This document shows, in pieces, positions 24,781 to 30,433 of a DNA stretch of 30,433 nucleotides. The DNA is from a virus (taxonomy: Duplodnaviria; Caudoviricetes), in the IMG/VR virus record IMGVR_UViG_3300011187_000344, positions 1 to 30,433 of that record; one strand, written 5' to 3'. The notes under the pieces are model-generated. The model was given only the letters and a program-made list of their open reading frames with translations, was not told where the DNA came from and ran no database searches. The first letter of the stretch is position 1, and the number at the start of each line of letters is the position of its first letter. The position numbers and the translations under genes were made by a program.

Positions 24781-25795
24781 CTATACCGTTTCCAAGTTCT
24801 ATGAGTTTGGATACAAGGTCGCACACAACAGGTCTAATAACACCTACAACTGCTGCTGTCCCGTATGTAGGGAGGGTAAAAGCTGGGGGAGGAAGAAGAG
24901 GTGCTTCTTTGTTCCAGATAACGATTTAATCTTCTGTCACAACTGTGGGTGGTCTAGTAAACCATATAGATGGATCCGAGAAGTCTCTGGAATGAGCCAC
25001 AAAGACCTCGAAAAGGAGATCGAGGCTGGTGAATTTGGTATAATTAACGTTTTAGACTTGGAAGACGATAATATAGAGACTAAAAAACGACCATCCCTAC
25101 CCTTAGACTCTATAAATCTCTCCGATGAGAGACAAATCAACTTCTATGAGAACAACAAAGTGGTTCAATTAGCGAAGTCTTACATCAAAAAGAGAAGATT
25201 GGACACTGCGATTAACTCACCAGACGCATTTTATATCAGTATTAAAGATCAGACCCACAAAAATCGATTAATACTCCCATTTAAGGATCAAAGCGGTAAG
25301 ATAATCTTTTATCAGAGTAGAAAACTACTAGATTCCGATGACAAATGCAATTATATATCAAAACTTGATGGAGATAAGAGTTTATTTGGGATCGAAAGGG
25401 TGAATCCCGACCTAGATCACGTATGTTTGATGGAAGGACCCATCGATGCGTGTTTTGTCGAGAATTCCCTTGGTTTGGGTGGAATTAATAAGGGAAAACA
25501 CATGTTCACACCACTCCAGAAGGAACAAATCGATAGTTTACCGTTTTTCAAGAAGATTTGGGTTCTGGATAGTCAATGGTTGGATGATACGGCTAAAGTG
25601 AAGACATTAAAATTGATCGAAATGGGAGAAACCGTGTTTATATGGCCAAGAGAAGAGGGTATGAAGTATAAAGACATCAATCAGATGTGTATGAAAGAGA
25701 AGATTGATGGTATTCCTTCAGACTTTATAACAAAAAACAGTAGCAAGGGACTCCCTGCTACTGTTCAGATGAAGTTGATAACCGAATTTAGCTAG
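24707..25795 (+). CDS. 61: DNA primase gp61
   Basis: Zinc-binding CPVC...FCHNCG, RLILPF, YQSR, TOPRIM EGPIDA, KDIN. Start placed at ATG 24707. Confidence 0.92.
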   Translation: MSKFSQEILSKLSKSNTTFLEIPTDYTVSKFYEFGYKVAHNRSNNTYNCCCPVCREGKSWGRKKRCFFVPDNDLIFCHNCGWSSKPYRWIREVSGMSHKDLEKEIEAGEFGIINVLDLEDDNIETKKRPSLPLDSINLSDERQINFYENNKVVQLAKSYIKKRRLDTAINSPDAFYISIKDQTHKNRLILPFKDQSGKIIFYQSRKLLDSDDKCNYISKLDGDKSLFGIERVNPDLDHVCLMEGPIDACFVENSLGLGGINKGKHMFTPLQKEQIDSLPFFKKIWVLDSQWLDDTAKVKTLKLIEMGETVFIWPREEGMKYKDINQMCMKEKIDGIPSDFITKNSSKGLPATVQMKLITEFS

Positions 25796-26240
25796 ATTTC
25801 TTAGCGGTTAAGAATGATTGCTGTAGAGCAGCCAATTCAGAGGCGATACGACCAATTTTGTGTTGTTGGTTTTTCAAATCACCAACTGCTGTTTGATCAC
25901 TGGCATTAGCGAGAACGCTTTGGAGACTTTCTGAGCTATCACCGTTGAGGAAATTGAGAAATTCATCGATTCTACCAGACCAGCTATCAATAACGCCTTT
26001 CATTTGTTCGTTTTGTCTTTGGATAGCATCACTAACCTCGTCAACGTCACTTGGATCCACTTCAGTATCGGTTGCAAAGTCATCCATACCAACACCATCA
26101 TCCAAATAATCTTCCGCTGCACCAGCTTCAGCGTCTGGGTCGAGATCTAGACCAGCATCGATTTCTGGGTCGAGATCGATATCTGTATCGTCCTGTTCAT
26201 TGAGAATTTTGATAAATTTACTTTTAAATTTGTTGGTCAT
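25788..26240 (-). CDS. Acidic hypothetical late protein, putative internal/scaffold protein
   Basis: MTNKFKSKFIKILNE leader, then a D-rich linker with a DLDP repeat and a helical C-terminus; late box upstream. Confidence 0.7.
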   Translation of the reverse strand: MTNKFKSKFIKILNEQDDTDIDLDPEIDAGLDLDPDAEAGAAEDYLDDGVGMDDFATDTEVDPSDVDEVSDAIQRQNEQMKGVIDSWSGRIDEFLNFLNGDSSESLQSVLANASDQTAVGDLKNQQHKIGRIASELAALQQSFLTAKKSS

Positions 26241-26245
26241 ACTAC

Positions 26246-26274
26246 TATTTATCCTAAATGATTAAATATTTATA
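26246..26274. promoter_or_regulatory. Back-to-back late promoter boxes
   Basis: Minus strand: ATAAATA (26246-26252)-N5-ATG and TATAAATA (26267-26274). Plus strand: TTAAATA (26262-26268)-N5-ATG. Confidence 0.65.
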
Positions 26275-26624
26275 TGAATAGCAGCAATAGCCCATACTCA
26301 ACAGCACTAGCATCAGGTGCTATCGATCTTGACTCCGAAAGCGGTCTTAATCCTTCTCAGCAAATGATGAAATACAAATCAGAGGAGGAAGCAGCCAAGG
26401 CTCCCCACGCTCTACCGTTTGAGTTTGCTGATTTACCACAACAATTAGCTGAAATCGTGGACTCAGCTTTCAACGCTTCATCTACACTAGATAACCTTTT
26501 AAAAACCGAACAATACAAAGACAACGGAGACTTATTGAAATTAAAAAATAATCTTGAGAAGACAATGATGTATTTCTTGAAGAATGGGGATTCGGTTCTT
26601 TCCAAATTCACCCTTGGAAAATAA
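26274..26624 (+). CDS. Hypothetical protein, probably late
   Basis: 116 aa; KAPHALPFE followed by helices. Confidence 0.7.
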   Translation: MNSSNSPYSTALASGAIDLDSESGLNPSQQMMKYKSEEEAAKAPHALPFEFADLPQQLAEIVDSAFNASSTLDNLLKTEQYKDNGDLLKLKNNLEKTMMYFLKNGDSVLSKFTLGK

Positions 26625-26629
26625 AACCA

Positions 26630-26869
26630 AGAATAGAATTAAGATTATAGTGGGGGGATGGAAAACAAACCCCCAAAGGAAAAATATAAATATATACACG
26701 AATATCCCGAATCGGAACAGTTGGATATTTTAACAAGCCTCTGCAATAGGATGTATATTGCAAGACACATCGCCCTATCTCAAGAAAGTATGGAAAATGC
26801 TTTCCTCGATCTGGATAGACTATTCAGAACCCCAAAGGATTGGGGCTAGAATAGAATTAAGAATATAGT
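26630..26869 (+). repeat. 22-nt direct repeat flanking a small gene
   Basis: AGAATAGAATTAAGATTATAGT (26630-26651) and AGAATAGAATTAAGAATATAGT (26848-26869), one mismatch; each ends 6 nt before an ATG. Confidence 0.85.
26658..26849 (+). CDS. Small hypothetical protein
   Basis: 63 aa between the direct repeats. Confidence 0.6.
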   Translation: MENKPPKEKYKYIHEYPESEQLDILTSLCNRMYIARHIALSQESMENAFLDLDRLFRTPKDWG

Positions 26870-26875
26870 CAAGCG

Positions 26876-27019
26876 ATGAGAAAATACATTATTGAAAACG
26901 ATGAAGGTAAATTGATGGTGAGGCGTGAATTCTGGTTTAGATTTCTAGCTGAATGGACATTGAAATTTGCTATACAGTGTGGAGTTGAAGACGGTGAGTA
27001 TAAAATAAACGAAAAATGA
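26876..27019 (+). CDS. Small hypothetical protein (47 aa)
   Basis: Read manually: MRKYIIENDEGKLMVRREFWFRFLAEWTLKFAIQCGVEDGEYKINEK; ATGA-coupled to the next gene. Confidence 0.6.
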   Translation: MRKYIIENDEGKLMVRREFWFRFLAEWTLKFAIQCGVEDGEYKINEK

Positions 27020-27777
27020 ATATAGAAGAAGTAAAAGCATTTAAAGATTGTAAGGGTGGGTTGATATGTCAACTCGTTGGTGGTTCCAACTTATATGGGT
27101 TGAATACTCCAGAGAGTGATATCGATTATCGTGGTCTATTTGTGGCGGCTGATAAAAAATACACCACAGGGTTCACTAAAATCGAGTCCATTGTCAGAAC
27201 TGGCGATGTCGATGCTACGTTTTACGAAATCACCCACTTTCTGAAGTTATTGAGGAAGAGTAACACCCAAGTAATGGAGATCTTATTTGCCCCAGACGGT
27301 GCATTCACATATAAAGACGAAATGTTTGATGTTTTCAGAGATGAAAAATACCGTTTAGTGGATTCTAACTATCTCAGACACTCTCTGAGGGGGTATGTCC
27401 ATTCTGAATTGAGACTAGCCACAGGTGAAAGAAGGGGAAGATTGGGTGGAGCGAGAAAAGCCGCTGTTGATAAATACGGTTTCAGTCCGAAAAACTTTGT
27501 CCAAATCCTCCGACTCTGTAAAGTTGGTATCGAATTCTTTAGAGATGGTGGATATATGGTTAATGTCGAGGAATTTGACTCGGATTACTACAAACTATTG
27601 ATGGATATTAAAACTAGACCCGAAGGATACACTAAAGATATGTTGAAAACCATGGTCGATACGAAATACGAGGAATTAAATGAGATAATGGATAATTCCA
27701 CCATTAAATATGAATTCGATATCGACTTGGCAACAGAAATCGTAGAATTTTACAGAAATAAATATGAACAAAAATAA
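27016..27777 (+). CDS. Pol-beta superfamily nucleotidyltransferase (RlaP/YcgL-like)
   Basis: GSNLYGLNTPESDIDYRG (GS...DxD), FLKLLRKSN...EIL. Confidence 0.85.
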   Translation: MNIEEVKAFKDCKGGLICQLVGGSNLYGLNTPESDIDYRGLFVAADKKYTTGFTKIESIVRTGDVDATFYEITHFLKLLRKSNTQVMEILFAPDGAFTYKDEMFDVFRDEKYRLVDSNYLRHSLRGYVHSELRLATGERRGRLGGARKAAVDKYGFSPKNFVQILRLCKVGIEFFRDGGYMVNVEEFDSDYYKLLMDIKTRPEGYTKDMLKTMVDTKYEELNEIMDNSTIKYEFDIDLATEIVEFYRNKYEQK

Positions 27778-28252
27778 AATAAAAATAGGAATAACAATCT
27801 TAGCTATATCCGCTGGTATAGCATTTGGATTCTCAACTACACTTTTCGAGTTTTTGAAGATTGGTGTGTTGGCGACTATCGGATGTAGTATCGGCTATTG
27901 GCTACTATCATTTAAGGTGAGAGAGAGTGAAAAGATACTCACCCTACAAGGTATTTTAGAAGATGCTGATAAAAATATGGTCGAAATGGAGGAAGTCATC
28001 AACCATTATGAGGGTCTTCTCGATCAAGTATCTGTAAAACTTCCTTGTGTTTGTGGTGGTAATACCTTTGAGGGTATTTTCCCAGCAGGAGAGGAAACTT
28101 TAGTGGAATGCGAGAAGTGCGAAGCAAAATACAAAGTTATGGTGAGTTTTGATAGCATTTTGGTATCAGAACCAGCAGAAGATCTTAATATTAGTGGTCT
28201 AATCTCAAAAGAAACAGAAAAACATGATACAAGTAAAAACAAAAAAGGGTGA
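27764..28252 (+). CDS. Membrane protein with coiled coil and C-terminal zinc ribbon
   Basis: Two N-terminal hydrophobic segments; LPCVCG...VECEKC. Confidence 0.65.
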   Translation: MNKNKIKIGITILAISAGIAFGFSTTLFEFLKIGVLATIGCSIGYWLLSFKVRESEKILTLQGILEDADKNMVEMEEVINHYEGLLDQVSVKLPCVCGGNTFEGIFPAGEETLVECEKCEAKYKVMVSFDSILVSEPAEDLNISGLISKETEKHDTSKNKKG

Positions 28253-28451
28253 AGAGTGGATGTCCATGGGTGAGTTTTCCAGATGGATGTGTCTAGTGGA
28301 AGCCTTTCATTTTATTGAGAAGAAATCTAACGAATTAAACATCGATTCATCTGATATGGTAAAATCATTAGCAATAGAAAAGTATATCAACGAGAGATAT
28401 CTTAGTATGTTGCATGATATTAACGTCGAGCATAAGATGGGGAATCTTTAA
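28224..28451 (+). CDS. Hypothetical protein
   Basis: 75 aa; overlaps the convergent GT2 gene end. Confidence 0.6.
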   Translation: MIQVKTKKGEEWMSMGEFSRWMCLVEAFHFIEKKSNELNIDSSDMVKSLAIEKYINERYLSMLHDINVEHKMGNL

Positions 28452-29280
28452 ACATTCTTTTCACCTCTTCGTCTATTCTTTTCATATGATTTTTATCCAC
28501 TACCCCATCAAAAACTTCTTTTAGTTTTTCTACCTCATCTATCTCAAGTTCAGTGAATCCGATCAAATAATTTCGGTATCTATCTTGTAGATTGTTGGGG
28601 TATGATGGGCTGTTGGGTCTTTCAAACCGATGAAGCCATCTGAGAAATGGTAGACAGAGAGTTTTCTTACCTGCTCTTTTGAATTTTTCGTGGATATATT
28701 TCTCTTCACCACCAAATCCACGGAAATTCTTATTGAAACCCAACCAAGAGTCGGTTCTACATGAGAATAAACCCATTCCTTGTGCTGGGATTTCGAAAGG
28801 AGCACCATCCACTTTCATAGCTCTCTTATCAGTTTGCCAAGATCCCCACATATAACTACCCCATTTATCATTGAAGTGGGATGAGTAATTTTGTAGATCA
28901 TCGTAGATCATCGGTCCTTGAATAAGATTTCCCTTATCCTTTCCTTCATCATAGAATTTTATTAATTTTTTGACTGCGTTGGGATACAACATAACATGAC
29001 TATCGATGCACATGGTGTATGGAGTGTCCGATAAATCAAATACTTTATTTTTGAGCGTAGTTGATTCATACTTTGTGTATGGTAGATACTGAAAAGGCTC
29101 TTTGATCCAATCGGTAAGTTTTCTATTGGCCTCGCCGTGGTCTGTTTTGGGGGAATTATCGACAATCACAAATTCAACTTGATCCATAACCTCTTGATGA
29201 TACATCCTAAGAGCTTGGATTGAAAAGTATAACCCGTCATAATCATTATGGGTTGCCATTCCGATTGTAAGTTTTCTCAT
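28420..29280 (-). CDS. GT2-family (GT-A) glycosyltransferase
   Basis: KLTIGMATHND, VIVDNS, MCIDSH, GF...FRGFGGEE, WLHRF. Start placed at ATG 29280. Confidence 0.85.
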   Translation of the reverse strand: MRKLTIGMATHNDYDGLYFSIQALRMYHQEVMDQVEFVIVDNSPKTDHGEANRKLTDWIKEPFQYLPYTKYESTTLKNKVFDLSDTPYTMCIDSHVMLYPNAVKKLIKFYDEGKDKGNLIQGPMIYDDLQNYSSHFNDKWGSYMWGSWQTDKRAMKVDGAPFEIPAQGMGLFSCRTDSWLGFNKNFRGFGGEEKYIHEKFKRAGKKTLCLPFLRWLHRFERPNSPSYPNNLQDRYRNYLIGFTELEIDEVEKLKEVFDGVVDKNHMKRIDEEVKRMFKDSPSYARR

Positions 29281-29285
29281 ATGAT

Positions 29286-29336
29286 GATTTATCGAAATTT
29301 TGGAATATTGCAACTACCACCAACCATTTATTTATA
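29286..29336 (-). promoter_or_regulatory. Dual promoter for GT2: late box plus sigma70-like promoter
   Basis: Minus strand TATAAATA at 29329-29336; TTGCAA(29313-29308)-N16-TAAATC-N5-ATG. Confidence 0.6.
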
Positions 29337-29339
29337 TTT

Positions 29340-30356
<1,017 letters not shown>

Positions 30357-30357
30357 T

Positions 30358-30433
30358 TTAGAATCCTAAATTACTACACTTCTCATCACATATAAACGGT
30401 GGTATTGTGGTGGTCGTAGTAGTGGTTGTTGTG
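30358..30433 (-). CDS. C-terminus of an upstream poly-Thr protein (partial)
   Basis: Minus frame reads ...TTTTTTTTTIPPFICDEKCSNLGF*, with the stop 1 nt before the next ATG. Thr codons are mixed (aca/acc/act/acg). Confidence 0.75.
   Translation of the reverse strand, partial: TTTTTTTTTIPPFICDEKCSNLGF

Noticed and set aside
29281-29313. TTG start for GT2 given by the ORF track
   Set aside because: It coincides with the -35 box. MRKLTIGM at 29280 is the typical GT2 first strand.

Overview
This is the DNA replication/recombination core of an AT-rich T4-like tailed phage. The + strand carries uvsY, uvsW, late sigma gp55, gp47/gp46, DNA polymerase gp43, uvsX, helicase gp41, a probable gp59, SSB gp32, a sliding clamp and primase gp61, in an order rearranged relative to T4, with no clamp loader or regA recognisable in the window. 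Interspersed minus-strand genes encode mostly acidic proteins with short N-terminal leaders ending in hydrophobic-x-Glu, resembling T4 capsid-targeted internal proteins; several sit behind a TAAATA late-promoter box exactly 5 nt before the ATG. Accessory genes include three glycosyltransferases, a retropepsin-like protease, a degenerate DHH protein, a Tat-signal protein with a dead terminase-like ATPase motif, and an RlaP-like nucleotidyltransferase. The most interesting signals are: (i) a late-promoter GT2 directly downstream of poly-Ser/poly-Thr mucin-like genes, a candidate virion O-glycosylation system; (ii) matched 5+5 charge-complementary heptad expansions in the two arms of gp46; (iii) two promoter classes that both point to leaderless mRNAs; (iv) an origin-like non-coding region with a G-tract. 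No tRNA, rRNA, CRISPR array or transposon was seen. All family assignments come from motif recognition by eye, not database searches.
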